DNA of 64,000 nt from a virus: positions 41,824-105,823 of IMG/VR virus record IMGVR_UViG_3300013286_000725; one strand, 5' to 3'. This document shows positions 49,089-58,800 of this stretch, in pieces. The first letter of the stretch is position 1. Each line of letters begins with the position of its first letter. The notes beneath the pieces were generated by a model. That model worked only from the letters and a program-made list of their open reading frames with translations, ran no database searches and had not been told where the DNA came from. The position numbers and the translations under genes were made by a program.

Positions 49089-51569
49089 TTAATCTGTTAC
49101 GGGGGTTGACGACACTACATTTCCATCGTTATCATAAGTGATACTACTACCATCATCAAATTTTTGCGTGTGTGATTGCGCTGCAGCGTCAGCTGGAGTA
49201 TTAGCTTGCGGAATAACTTTGTCAGCAGCAGTGACCATAGGGACCGGTTTACCAGTTGCTTTAGTTGGGTCAACTGTTTGTCCTGGCAATCTAATCATTT
49301 TTAATATTTGAGTAAATTTGCCTCTACTAAAATTGCTGTCTACTTGATTAACTTTAAACAATCCACTAAATTCATTAACTAATTCCGTTGGTCCAAAAGT
49401 ATATGCACTTTTGCTAACATCAATATCTATAGGAGTTCGAAAATTAACTATAATCATAACTTCGCCTGACTGATAATTTATTGCGCCGTCATTGTTCAGT
49501 TGTTCGTATTGAGTTGCCTTGGCTGTATAGTTACCCATACCACTATCACCAAGATAGTAAGGATCACCTAAAATAGTCATAGTGGTGTTGACCATATCAA
49601 CTGCATTATTAACTACATTTTTTTGAAACTGTCTAGCTGCCATAGTATCAGGAGTGTCGCGACTACCTCCGCCTACTCCTGTATCAGTTTTTGTAGAATC
49701 GGATCTAACTTCTGTTGGCAAGTTGCCTGTTGAAGCAGTAGCTGCTCCAGCAGTAGGGGGCTCTGATCTTTCAACTGTAGCAGGAATAGCCGAGCCATCG
49801 TCTTTGGCTGTTACAGTGCCTTGGTTATTCTTTGCGGCATCTTGAGCTAAGGAAGTATAGAAAGTATTTTTAAAATTAATATCAAAACTTAATATATCTA
49901 GATTTTTTGATGTATAGATATAATTATATTCTTTAATAACTTGCGCCTTAGCTTTTTCAGTTTTTGGGTTAGTAGTATTTGGTGGCATAAATCTACTAGC
50001 ATCAATAAAATAAGGGACTACTCTATAGACAATTAACTTAGGTAGTGTTCCTGTTTTGGCTAAATTATCTTCGGAAGGAATAGTGTAAACCTGTGCTTCA
50101 ACTCTCCACCAAGGTATTCTTCCTGTTTCGGTTTGTTGTACTTCAGTTAATGCTTGACGACCGTAGTCGCTCATTAAAATAGTTTGGTTAATTGCATTAA
50201 TAATATCAGTGCCTTGGGTGAATTTCATTACCCCTTTTGTTGGGTCAATGCTAATATTTCCCCTAGTGTAAGTGTTTGTTTCTTTATTATAAACTGCATT
50301 GTCTGCGGCAAAAGGAGGATCGCCCGGGCGGTACAGATCAAATCCCATGCTAGCTCGACCAATAGCATTAACAGTAGTATCAGAAACTTCTTGTACTAGT
50401 ACTTGATTTGCTCCGACACTAACACCTAATTTACTATATAATCCGTTTGCTCCCGAACTAGCACTACCGGCACTTGGGTCTTTGGTTGCTCCTGCATCAT
50501 CATTATTGGTTGCACTACCTGCACTACTGGCTATGTCGGCTGGGAATAGTATTAGCATTTGATCAGGTACTTTGACTATTCCGTCGTTTTTTTGTTTTTG
50601 GAGTCGTTTATTCAACTCAACTTCTAGACTGTTTTCTCCAGTTTGTAACATTTCAACTACAGTTTTACCTGAAATTGAAATATCTGTTTTTAAATCTAAG
50701 TAACTACTAGAAAACCCTTTTTCGTTCCAAGGGAACGCTTCACAATCATATTCGGCACCTCGCCCGGTAACGCTCATGTTTAGTGTTCGTAACTTTAACG
50801 GAAAATGTTTGGTTGTTTTTTCAGGAGTGATCGATCCGGCATCAATTCCTTGTACAATTGAACTCAGGTGTCCTTTAAATTCTAAAGTTAGCAATAACGG
50901 TACATCAAGATAATTTTTATAGCCTGCATTTTTTGCGGCAATCTGTAATGCCTGGAAGAACAGACCCATACTATAAGGTTCTATAATTTTAAATTTGAAT
51001 CCGGCGGCATTGGTGTTGCCGGTACTCTTATCAAAACCAATAACACTGTTGATGCTGACATTGTCAATAAAAAATTCAAACTTACCGTAAGCAGTTTGTA
51101 CACGATTATCCGGATCGCCGCTGCCATCTTTTAAAATAATTTGTCCAAGGTCGCCTTTCTTGTAAGTGTCGTCGGGGAAATTAATTGATGCAGGGTCAAG
51201 AACACTTAATGTCCAAATATAATTATAGCTGGCAAAGTTGTGCAAGACATTGGGTATCCTAGTACTTGGTTCACCGGTTACTGGATCATACCCCGGGATA
51301 GGAATATTTACTGCACCACTAGCTTTACCTATTGATGATGCAATGTTTCCTAAGTTAATTATACTTTGAGCGGCCTGTGTGGCTGCTGATAGTCCCGGAA
51401 CTTTACTTAATAAATTTGAGCCAATGTTACTTAGACCGGCACCTGCTAGATTTTGAATATTTTTTGCCGCAGCTGTAATATTGTTTAAGTTACTGGCTAA
51501 TCCAGTGTTTCTAACAACCGTATTGACTGCTCCGGTTAATGCAGTTGTCGCTTGGTCTAGCAGGCCCAT
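49089..51569 (-). CDS. Baseplate hub protein (gp27/late-control-D-like)
   Basis: MTILGDPYY and FSGLFKVNQVDSNFSRGKFTQ C-terminal motifs; position before spike gene. Confidence 0.65.
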   Translation of the reverse strand: MGLLDQATTALTGAVNTVVRNTGLASNLNNITAAAKNIQNLAGAGLSNIGSNLLSKVPGLSAATQAAQSIINLGNIASSIGKASGAVNIPIPGYDPVTGEPSTRIPNVLHNFASYNYIWTLSVLDPASINFPDDTYKKGDLGQIILKDGSGDPDNRVQTAYGKFEFFIDNVSINSVIGFDKSTGNTNAAGFKFKIIEPYSMGLFFQALQIAAKNAGYKNYLDVPLLLTLEFKGHLSSIVQGIDAGSITPEKTTKHFPLKLRTLNMSVTGRGAEYDCEAFPWNEKGFSSSYLDLKTDISISGKTVVEMLQTGENSLEVELNKRLQKQKNDGIVKVPDQMLILFPADIASSAGSATNNDDAGATKDPSAGSASSGANGLYSKLGVSVGANQVLVQEVSDTTVNAIGRASMGFDLYRPGDPPFAADNAVYNKETNTYTRGNISIDPTKGVMKFTQGTDIINAINQTILMSDYGRQALTEVQQTETGRIPWWRVEAQVYTIPSEDNLAKTGTLPKLIVYRVVPYFIDASRFMPPNTTNPKTEKAKAQVIKEYNYIYTSKNLDILSFDINFKNTFYTSLAQDAAKNNQGTVTAKDDGSAIPATVERSEPPTAGAATASTGNLPTEVRSDSTKTDTGVGGGSRDTPDTMAARQFQKNVVNNAVDMVNTTMTILGDPYYLGDSGMGNYTAKATQYEQLNNDGAINYQSGEVMIIVNFRTPIDIDVSKSAYTFGPTELVNEFSGLFKVNQVDSNFSRGKFTQILKMIRLPGQTVDPTKATGKPVPMVTAADKVIPQANTPADAAAQSHTQKFDDGSSITYDNDGNVVSSTPVTD

Positions 51570-51571
51570 AA

Positions 51572-51871
51572 TTATAATCCTAAAACTTTAAGCAATCCTG
51601 CTTTTTGTGAAAGATAAATTTGTGTTCCGGCAACAAAATCAAATACAGGATCTTGCAGTACATCCATATTTCGTTGTATGAAAACCCACCATAACTGATG
51701 ATGTCCGTATAAGTCGTAGGCCAACAAGTCTGGACGATAAGTGTACTGAGGTTCTATAGTATAGATAGCATCGTCTGATTGCGCACTAACTGGTCTAATT
51801 TTTAAAATGTTTAAATAATTCTGTGTTATAGGAGTGCTGGCCCAAGGACTGGTATTATTGTATGCTGCCAT
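51572..51871 (-). CDS. gp53: Baseplate wedge subunit (gp53/LysM-like)
   Basis: RPDLLAYDLYG...LWWVF...N. Confidence 0.8.
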   Translation of the reverse strand: MAAYNNTSPWASTPITQNYLNILKIRPVSAQSDDAIYTIEPQYTYRPDLLAYDLYGHHQLWWVFIQRNMDVLQDPVFDFVAGTQIYLSQKAGLLKVLGL

Positions 51872-52908
51872 TATACATATCCTCCAGAACCGTTCATATA
51901 ATCTCCGTTGACAAATTTTTGTAAACTAAACTGTCTCACAGATTCTCTGCTATAAATTGGTTGTAGCGTTACTGACACTGTGCTCTTAGTTGGCACATGA
52001 GTACTTGCACTGGTAGATCCTGCACCACTTAATCCGTTGATAAAGTTGGTAACATTGTTAACTGCACTACTCACATTGGCGGCCGCTCCTAATATTTTGG
52101 CAGCACCGCTGGCTCCAACTGCACCGGCTACACCTGCTAGTGTAGTTAATGCACCACCAGTACCTCCGCCGCCTACAGGATTTCCTGACCCGCTAAATCC
52201 TTTTTGTCCAACTGTGGTACCAATATAGTTTGTATCGCTAGGCAACTCTACTGAGAAACTTTTTATTACCACCGGCACATTTTTAAAAACAAAATCCCCG
52301 TAGCCGTTTAGCGTTAGGATAGGAGGTGGGCTTCCGCTGAATTCACCGCTGTCACCTGTGTACATTTTTGTAGCTGATCTTAAAAAGTGTACTACTGCAA
52401 TCCAATACTGCGCTTGATCTGCAGTCTCACAATAAAATGTTCCGCTAATTGAAAATTCGCTTACTCTTGAATTTTGATAAGCAAGGAATTGATAATTTTG
52501 ATGTGTTAGTACAACATCGTCATAGCTTGCGCTGTTACTGATGCTGATTGTAGGAGTATATGGAAACACCAAACCGTTAGATGCCATTAGTGGGGCTAGT
52601 ACTGGACTACTGGAGAAGAAATTATTAGGAATTCCTAATCGTACACGCCAATCGTCTGTGTTTCCTGGTCCAGCAAAGGCCACTCGAGTGGCGGCAAAGG
52701 CCGCGCCACCCCCGCCGGGCAAGTTCATGCTTCGAATTGAGCTAATCAGCGCAGCAGGGTTAGATAAATTATTTAACGCAATGCCCAACTTGCTTGCGGC
52801 TCCGCCAATATTGCCAGTTGAAATATCGTTTACCAGTCCGGTAGCTGCCGACTGAATATTGTTTACCGCTTGTGTTGCACCGCTAGCTAATGTATCAAAA
52901 ATGCCCAT
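51871..52908 (-). CDS. Tail tube initiator-like baseplate protein (gp48/gp54-like)
   Basis: FPYTPTI, GSPPPIL.L.GYG..VF..VPVVI..F. Confidence 0.6.
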   Translation of the reverse strand: MGIFDTLASGATQAVNNIQSAATGLVNDISTGNIGGAASKLGIALNNLSNPAALISSIRSMNLPGGGGAAFAATRVAFAGPGNTDDWRVRLGIPNNFFSSSPVLAPLMASNGLVFPYTPTISISNSASYDDVVLTHQNYQFLAYQNSRVSEFSISGTFYCETADQAQYWIAVVHFLRSATKMYTGDSGEFSGSPPPILTLNGYGDFVFKNVPVVIKSFSVELPSDTNYIGTTVGQKGFSGSGNPVGGGGTGGALTTLAGVAGAVGASGAAKILGAAANVSSAVNNVTNFINGLSGAGSTSASTHVPTKSTVSVTLQPIYSRESVRQFSLQKFVNGDYMNGSGGYV

Positions 52909-52927
52909 ATGGACTCCTTAGTCTGTA

Positions 52928-52963
52928 TATTTAGTTGACAAAATAAACTGCATAGTTTATAAT
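52928..52963. promoter_or_regulatory. Divergent control region: late CTAAATA (-, 52928-52934) abutting sigma70 promoter (+)
   Basis: TTGACA(52935-40)-17-TATAAT(52958-63); inverted repeat ATAAACT-GCAT-AGTTTAT in the spacer. Confidence 0.8.
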
Positions 52964-52983
52964 AGTATGAAAATAGGACCGTT

Positions 52984-53808
52984 ATGACCAAAGTTAATTA
53001 CTTAAACAACAAAGATTTATTGGAAGAAATCCACAAAAGCAAGAATACATTTTGCAGTTATGTGCAACCCGAATATCACAGATATGATTTAATCTTGCCC
53101 AGCGTGGACAAAATCAATATTCGAACTATAGCAGAGGCCAAACGAGCACAGGCCAAACGACTAGGTCAAAAAGACTATGAAGCTAGGAAACTGGCAGGGG
53201 AAAAAGTCAAACAGGCAGATTGCGAAGTTGATTACAAAAAGATCAACAAGAAAGATTTAATTTTTAGGGTTATGACTTTTGATCATATTCCGTTAAACAA
53301 TACTCGAAAAAAGAATCCTAAGAGCATTGCAGATCACAGAGATAAAGTTAACTTTCCACCGTTCCAACATTGGAAATTCAATGACGAAGACATTTTAGTA
53401 TGCGTGGGCAAGAGTCATTGGAAAGGGTCTGTTGAAAAGGGCAAGTTTAACAAAGATCATGGGCAGATTACCAATACCCTGGCTCGCATGTATATCAAGC
53501 TGTGTGAACGATATGCTACTCGAGGCAATGTGCGTGGATATACCTACAACGACGAAATGAAAGGTCAAGCTATTCTGCAACTTACACAGATCGGTTTGCA
53601 GTTTGACGAATCAAAAAGTGATAATCCGTTTGCATATTTTACTGCCGCAGTTACAAACAGTTTTGTTCGTATCATTAATATCGAAAAACGCAATCAGGTT
53701 ATCCGTGATGACCTGTTAGAAATGAACGGAATGAACCCTTCGTACACTAGGATCGGAGAAGGCGAGCATCAAGCTGCCTTGAAACGCAATGAGGAAAATG
53801 TTGAATGA
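52984..53808 (+). CDS. gp55: Late transcription sigma factor (gp55-like)
   Basis: VNYLNNKDLL, N.RGYTYNDEM, FD..KSDNPFAYFT; upstream of gp47/gp46 as in T4. Confidence 0.85.
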   Translation: MTKVNYLNNKDLLEEIHKSKNTFCSYVQPEYHRYDLILPSVDKINIRTIAEAKRAQAKRLGQKDYEARKLAGEKVKQADCEVDYKKINKKDLIFRVMTFDHIPLNNTRKKNPKSIADHRDKVNFPPFQHWKFNDEDILVCVGKSHWKGSVEKGKFNKDHGQITNTLARMYIKLCERYATRGNVRGYTYNDEMKGQAILQLTQIGLQFDESKSDNPFAYFTAAVTNSFVRIINIEKRNQVIRDDLLEMNGMNPSYTRIGEGEHQAALKRNEENVE

Positions 53809-53815
53809 TTTAACC

Positions 53816-53848
53816 CTAAAGTGTATAAATAAAACTATACACTTTGGA
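53816..53848 (+). promoter_or_regulatory. Late promoter TATAAATA inside a hairpin reaching the endonuclease RBS
   Basis: AAAGTGTATA-AATAAAAC-TATACACTTT; TATAAATA at 53824-53831. Confidence 0.7.
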
Positions 53849-53855
53849 TTAAAAT

Positions 53856-54617
53856 ATGTTTATCTATAAAATTATCGTTAATAATAATGTTTATATAGGA
53901 CTTGATACTAAACCGTCCTATAAGTTATCACGATGGAAAAAGCATTGTGATGAGGCAACTACAAGATGTAAAACAAAATTACATAAGGCTATGAATATGT
54001 ATGGCATAAAGAATTGTGTAGTTGAAATATTAAAAGATAACTTTAAGTCTATTGGAGAACTTGCGTTATCGGAAATTGATTACATTAAGCAATACGATTC
54101 TTATAAAAACGGACTTAACTCTACTCCAGGTGGAGACGGTTTAGGAAAATACGATTTAACTTTATTATCGCTTGCAGATATAGACAAAATCAAATCTGCA
54201 TTAGGTGAGCATTTTAGTAATTATAATAAAAATATCAAATGGGCAGGAACTACTGAAGTTGATAGAAAATTATTAACTAAACATTTACATACTGACGAAA
54301 TTTATCAAAAGAAATCGGATACTCTTAAGAAATTTTACAAAGCAAATCCAGATATTGCCAAAACAAAAGCAGTAGGGATTAGAAAATGGCAGTTGCAAAA
54401 TCCAGAAGAAATGAAGAAACGCAATCAGATTAATTCGATCAAAGGTGCCGCGGCTGTTTCGAAGAAACTAAAGGTTGAACTGGAAGACGGTAATGTGTTA
54501 TACTATTCAAGTAAAAGTGAATTCCATAGATTAACAAATCAATGGGCAAACACCATTATTAAAAAAACACAAGAAGGTGTTTTCTACAATGGTTATAAAA
54601 TATGGGAAGAAAAATGA
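53856..54617 (+). mobile_element. Free-standing GIY-YIG (Seg-like) homing endonuclease gene
   Basis: FIYKI...VYIG, RWKKH, E..YI..YDS..NGLN.TPGG; AT-rich; sits between gp55 and gp47. Confidence 0.85.
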
Positions 54618-54856
54618 ACAACTACAATATGTCTATTCACACAAATCCCGATGCAAGAGCCTGGGCTAAATTCTTTACTGAAAAGTATAAAGTATGGTCG
54701 GAAGATGGTGTAGAGTCTGACTCTGAGGCCTTAATGACTGCGTGGTTTGCCAATGCTATGATGGCGATGCATGATCATTTAGTATTGAAAGGTAATCCAA
54801 TCAATGGAGATCATGCCCAATACCTTATAGATAAAGAAAACGGAGTTAAACAATAA
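54614..54856 (+). CDS. Hypothetical protein
   Basis: ATGA overlap with endonuclease stop; AWFANAMMAMHD. Confidence 0.7.
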   Translation: MNNYNMSIHTNPDARAWAKFFTEKYKVWSEDGVESDSEALMTAWFANAMMAMHDHLVLKGNPINGDHAQYLIDKENGVKQ

Positions 54857-55869
54857 TGGCAAACTTATTTAAAAAAGTTGCGTGCATGACCGATATTCAT
54901 TTCGGTCTCAAGAGCAATTCATCAGTACACAACCAGGACTGTGAGGATTTTGTAGACTGGTACATTGCCAAAGCCAAGGAGGAAGGCTGTGATACAGGTA
55001 TCTTTCAAGGAGATTGGCATCATAATCGCAATAGTCTTAATATCACTACTATGGACTATAGCCTTAGGGCCTTGGAAAAGCTCGGAGCGGCGTTTGATCA
55101 ATTTTATTTCTTTCCTGGCAATCATGATTTATATTACAAAGACAAACGGGATATTCACTCTGTAGAATTTGGCAAGTACATCCCAGGAATTACTGTTGTT
55201 CATGAGCCTACTACCATTGGCGATGTTACGCTGTGCCCGTGGTTAGTAGGGGAAGAATGGCGGGCTGTGGGTAAGAAGGGCGGCAAGTATATTTTTGGTC
55301 ACTTTGAATTGCCCAGCTTCTTTATGAACGCCATGGTGCAGATGCCAGACCACGGTGAGATCACTCTTAATAGTTTCAAAAACTATGAGTTAGGATTCAG
55401 CGGGCACTTCCACAAACGCCAGCAACAAAAGAACATGATCTATATTGGCAATGCTTTCCCGCACAACTATGCAGACACATGGGACGACGAACGAGGCATG
55501 ATGGTATTAGAGTGGGGCGGGCAACCAGAATACCATACTTGGCCTAATCAACCTACTTTTAGAACACTCAAACTCAGTAGACTTATAGACGAAGCTGATA
55601 GTATAATTAAACCTAATCAGTATCTACGAGTTAACTTGGACATTGATATCAGTTATGAAGAAGCAACTTTTATCAAAGAAAAGTTTATGAAAGACTATCC
55701 AATTAGAGAACTAACCCTAATCCCTGAAAAGAAAGAAATTGATATCAATACCAATATTGATATTCAAAGTTTTGAAAGTGTAGATCAAATTGTCAGCAAT
55801 CAATTGGTCAGTATTGAAAGCGAGCAATTTGACAAGACTGTGCTGTTGAGCATTTATAATAACCTATGA
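54856..55869 (+). CDS. gp47: Mre11/SbcD-like recombination nuclease
   Basis: TDIHFG, GDWHH, GNHD, GHFE, SGHFH. Confidence 0.95.
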   Translation: MANLFKKVACMTDIHFGLKSNSSVHNQDCEDFVDWYIAKAKEEGCDTGIFQGDWHHNRNSLNITTMDYSLRALEKLGAAFDQFYFFPGNHDLYYKDKRDIHSVEFGKYIPGITVVHEPTTIGDVTLCPWLVGEEWRAVGKKGGKYIFGHFELPSFFMNAMVQMPDHGEITLNSFKNYELGFSGHFHKRQQQKNMIYIGNAFPHNYADTWDDERGMMVLEWGGQPEYHTWPNQPTFRTLKLSRLIDEADSIIKPNQYLRVNLDIDISYEEATFIKEKFMKDYPIRELTLIPEKKEIDINTNIDIQSFESVDQIVSNQLVSIESEQFDKTVLLSIYNNL

Positions 55870-57644
55870 TAAAAATTAAAGATCTGTCAGTTAAGAATTT
55901 TATGAGTGTGGGTAACCAGACTCAAGCAGTTGATTTTGACAAAGAACAGTTGACTCTTGTGCTGGGCGAGAACTTAGATCAGGGCGGTGACGACAGTGGC
56001 TCAAGAAACGGTACTGGCAAAACTACCATTGTGAATGCACTTAGTTTTGCACTGTACGGAACTGCGCTTACCAACATTAAAAAAGACAATTTGATCAACA
56101 AAACTAACGGTAAGAACATGTTGATCACATTGAGTTTTGAGAAAGACGGTGTTAGTTATCGTGTTGAGCGAGGCCGTAAACCTAATATTCTCAAGTTCTA
56201 CATCAATGATCAGGAACAGGAAACCGCAGAGTCCGACGATGCGCAAGGTGACATGCGTGAAACACAAAAGGACATTGATGACTTGTTGGGCATGAGTCAC
56301 GACATGTTCAAGCACATTGTTGCGCTTAACACTTATACTGAACCGTTTTTGAGTCTTAAGGCTAATGAGCAAAGAGAAATCATTGAACAGTTGTTGGGTA
56401 TAACTCTGCTGAGTGAGAAGGCAGATTTACTTAAAGAACAAGTTAGAGTTAGCAAAGAAAAGATTTTGCAAGAAACTGCTGACATCGAAGCGGCAAAAAA
56501 GTCTAACGAGCGCATTGAGCAAAGTATTACCAATTTAGAAACTAAACTCAAAGCCTGGAATACTCAACAAGAAACAGACGGAGTTAAAATTGCCAAAAGC
56601 ATTGCTGAACTTCAAAGTGTTGATATTGAAAAAGAAATTGCACAGCATGCACTGGTCAAAGAGTATGATGAATTTGCGGCCACTATCAAGAGTCTTAATA
56701 AAGAAAAAGCCACGCTGGAAACCGCAGTGGGTCAAGCAGATAAAAGTGTAACCAAGTATACCAAAGAAGTAGAGCAGTTAAAAAATAAGACTTGTCCGGC
56801 ATGTGAACAAGAGTTACACAGTCACAAGCATGAAGACATGACAGCTACCGCTGAAAAAAATCTAGAAGACGCAGTGGCCTATATAGAAACTGTCAGCAAC
56901 AACTATGCAGGTGTGTTGCAAGAGTTAGAAATAATTGGTGACATAAATGGTAGGCCTAGAACTTACTACGACACAGTAGAAGAAGCACTCAAGCATCAAA
57001 ACAATCTAGCAACATTAGAACAGGCATTGATTAATAGGCAAGAAGAATCTAATCCTTATCAAGAGCAAATTGATGAGCTACGCAATAGTGCTATACAAGA
57101 AATTTCGTGGGATAATGTTAATATATTATCCAGCTTGAGAGACCATCAAGAGTTCTTGCTTAAATTGTTGACCAGTAAAGATAGTTTTATTCGAAAGAAG
57201 ATCATAGATCAAAACCTTGCCTATCTTAACAATCGTCTAACATTTTATCTTGACAAGATGGGATTGCCGCACAGCGTTAATTTTCAAAATGATTTGACTG
57301 TTGAGATCACACAGCTGGGTCAGGACTTGGACTTTGATAACTTGAGTCGCGGTGAGCGCAATCGTTTGATTCTAGGATTGAGCTGGGCATTCCGTGATGT
57401 GTGGGAAAGTTTATATCAACAGATTAACTTGTTGTTTATTGACGAGCTGATCGACAACGGTCTTGATGCCGCAGGAGTCGAGAACGCATTAGGTGTTCTC
57501 AAGAAAATGGGCCGTGAACGCAATAAAAATATCTATTTGATCAGTCACAAAGACGAATTGATCGGTCGTGTTAACAATGTTCTTAAGGTTATCAAAGAAA
57601 ACGGTTATACCAGCTATGCCAATGATTTGGAGATTGCAGACTAA
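55866..57644 (+). CDS. gp46: Rad50/SbcC-like ATPase
   Basis: NGTGKTT, coiled coil with CPAC zinc hook, LSRGE, FIDE, ISH. Confidence 0.95.
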   Translation: MIKIKDLSVKNFMSVGNQTQAVDFDKEQLTLVLGENLDQGGDDSGSRNGTGKTTIVNALSFALYGTALTNIKKDNLINKTNGKNMLITLSFEKDGVSYRVERGRKPNILKFYINDQEQETAESDDAQGDMRETQKDIDDLLGMSHDMFKHIVALNTYTEPFLSLKANEQREIIEQLLGITLLSEKADLLKEQVRVSKEKILQETADIEAAKKSNERIEQSITNLETKLKAWNTQQETDGVKIAKSIAELQSVDIEKEIAQHALVKEYDEFAATIKSLNKEKATLETAVGQADKSVTKYTKEVEQLKNKTCPACEQELHSHKHEDMTATAEKNLEDAVAYIETVSNNYAGVLQELEIIGDINGRPRTYYDTVEEALKHQNNLATLEQALINRQEESNPYQEQIDELRNSAIQEISWDNVNILSSLRDHQEFLLKLLTSKDSFIRKKIIDQNLAYLNNRLTFYLDKMGLPHSVNFQNDLTVEITQLGQDLDFDNLSRGERNRLILGLSWAFRDVWESLYQQINLLFIDELIDNGLDAAGVENALGVLKKMGRERNKNIYLISHKDELIGRVNNVLKVIKENGYTSYANDLEIAD

Positions 57645-57898
57645 TGAGCGGACATGATGGTTTAATGTCAGCTTTCCAGGTTTACTTTAAGGCAAACCAA
57701 CGATGGGAAAGCACACAAACACATGTCTCGGCCATTGCTCTTAGACGAGCACTTAGAGATTTGAGAGATCGCGCAAGCGAATACAGAGTAGAGATACAGA
57801 CAGTACGAGAAAAAAAACCAAAAGTTAAATCACCAAAATGGCGAGAAGAACAGGCAAGTCAGAACGAAAAGGCTCAAGGCAACGATGATGCTAACTAA
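57644..57898 (+). CDS. Small basic helical protein (weak Hc1 histone-like resemblance)
   Basis: AIALRRALRDLRDRASEYRVEIQ. Confidence 0.55.
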   Translation: MSGHDGLMSAFQVYFKANQRWESTQTHVSAIALRRALRDLRDRASEYRVEIQTVREKKPKVKSPKWREEQASQNEKAQGNDDAN

Positions 57899-57901
57899 AG
57901 C

Positions 57902-58327
57902 ATGTCATGGACTTATCAGGATACAATTATTGAAACATTACCCGAAGAATGTGTCGGGTTTGTATATCTGATAACCAATGTCATCTCTGGCAGAAAATAT
58001 ATAGGCAAGAAATTAGCAAAATTCTCAAAGACGACCTACAAGACTGTAAAGTTGAAGAACGGCACAAAGAAAAAAAAGAAAATTCGAAGCAAAATAGACA
58101 GCGATTGGCGTGAGTACTACGGAAGTAGTCCTAACTTGACCGCAGATATAGATGCACTAGGCAAAGAAAATTTCACAAGAGAAATATTATATTACTGCAA
58201 CTCAAAATCAGAATGTTCATACATCGAGGCCAGAGAACAATTCACCCGCAAAGTTCTAGAATCAAAAGACTATTACAACGGCCAGATATCTGTCCGTGTA
58301 CATGGTTCCCACATATTAAAATCTTAG
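57902..58327 (+). CDS. Small GIY-YIG nuclease (catalytic domain only)
   Basis: GFVYLITN...KYIGKK, WREYYGS, FTREIL, YIEAREQ, YYNG; Lys-rich insertion KTVKLKNGTKKKKKIRSK. Confidence 0.88.
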   Translation: MSWTYQDTIIETLPEECVGFVYLITNVISGRKYIGKKLAKFSKTTYKTVKLKNGTKKKKKIRSKIDSDWREYYGSSPNLTADIDALGKENFTREILYYCNSKSECSYIEAREQFTRKVLESKDYYNGQISVRVHGSHILKS

Positions 58328-58800
58328 GCTAATCATACAGTTAGGGCTCGCACCGGCTAAAATCGGGTGCCGAACAGTTGAAACCTGGACTCATAGTCGC
58401 AGGGATCCGAAGTCTTGCCGCTGTAAGCAAGCACTCAATCAGTATCCTTAACAGGACCACGATCGCTTAAAACCTGCGATTTGATTGTTTGAACAGAATA
58501 CATAATAGGTAAAAAGAAGGGAGAAAAACCCTGGATTAATATATGCGACTGCGTGTGTATATTAATTGCCGTTGAATCTAAGACGGAGCTCGTGGTACTG
58601 GTCAACCGCCACTGTAACTGCTCTAACGCTAGTGTGACATTGTGCAACTCAGATAATGTTATATTTTTTAGCCCGGAAACGGGCTAAGTGTGACTGAACA
58701 ATCTAGATAATACTTAAATGCTTCGCATTAATTGTGTTCTAAGAAACAGAAAACATGTTCGAGCGCGAGCGAAGAACTGAAGAACGCAAGTTCTTCTTTA
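58328..58800 (+). ncRNA. Putative large structured non-coding RNA (family unassigned)
   Basis: ~470-nt gap in a gene-dense genome with more than 10 hairpins, GAAA and GCAA tetraloops, and G-U pairs valid only on + strand. Confidence 0.6.
58779..58800 (+). terminator. 3' hairpin, possible terminator of the structured RNA
   Basis: GAAGAAC-GCAA-GTTCTTC followed by TTT. Confidence 0.45.

Noticed and set aside
57902-58327. Calling the 141-aa GIY-YIG a mobile homing endonuclease
   Set aside because: Catalytic domain only, with no C-terminal DNA-binding modules; it resembles the small nuclease commonly retained in T4-like phages.
58328-58800. Group I/II intron, tmRNA, RNase P RNA, tRNA or CRISPR identity for the structured region
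   Set aside because: No interrupted gene, no group II domain V or group I core recognised, no T-loop/CCA end, no GAGGAAAGUCC, no regular repeat-spacer period. A covariance search is still needed.
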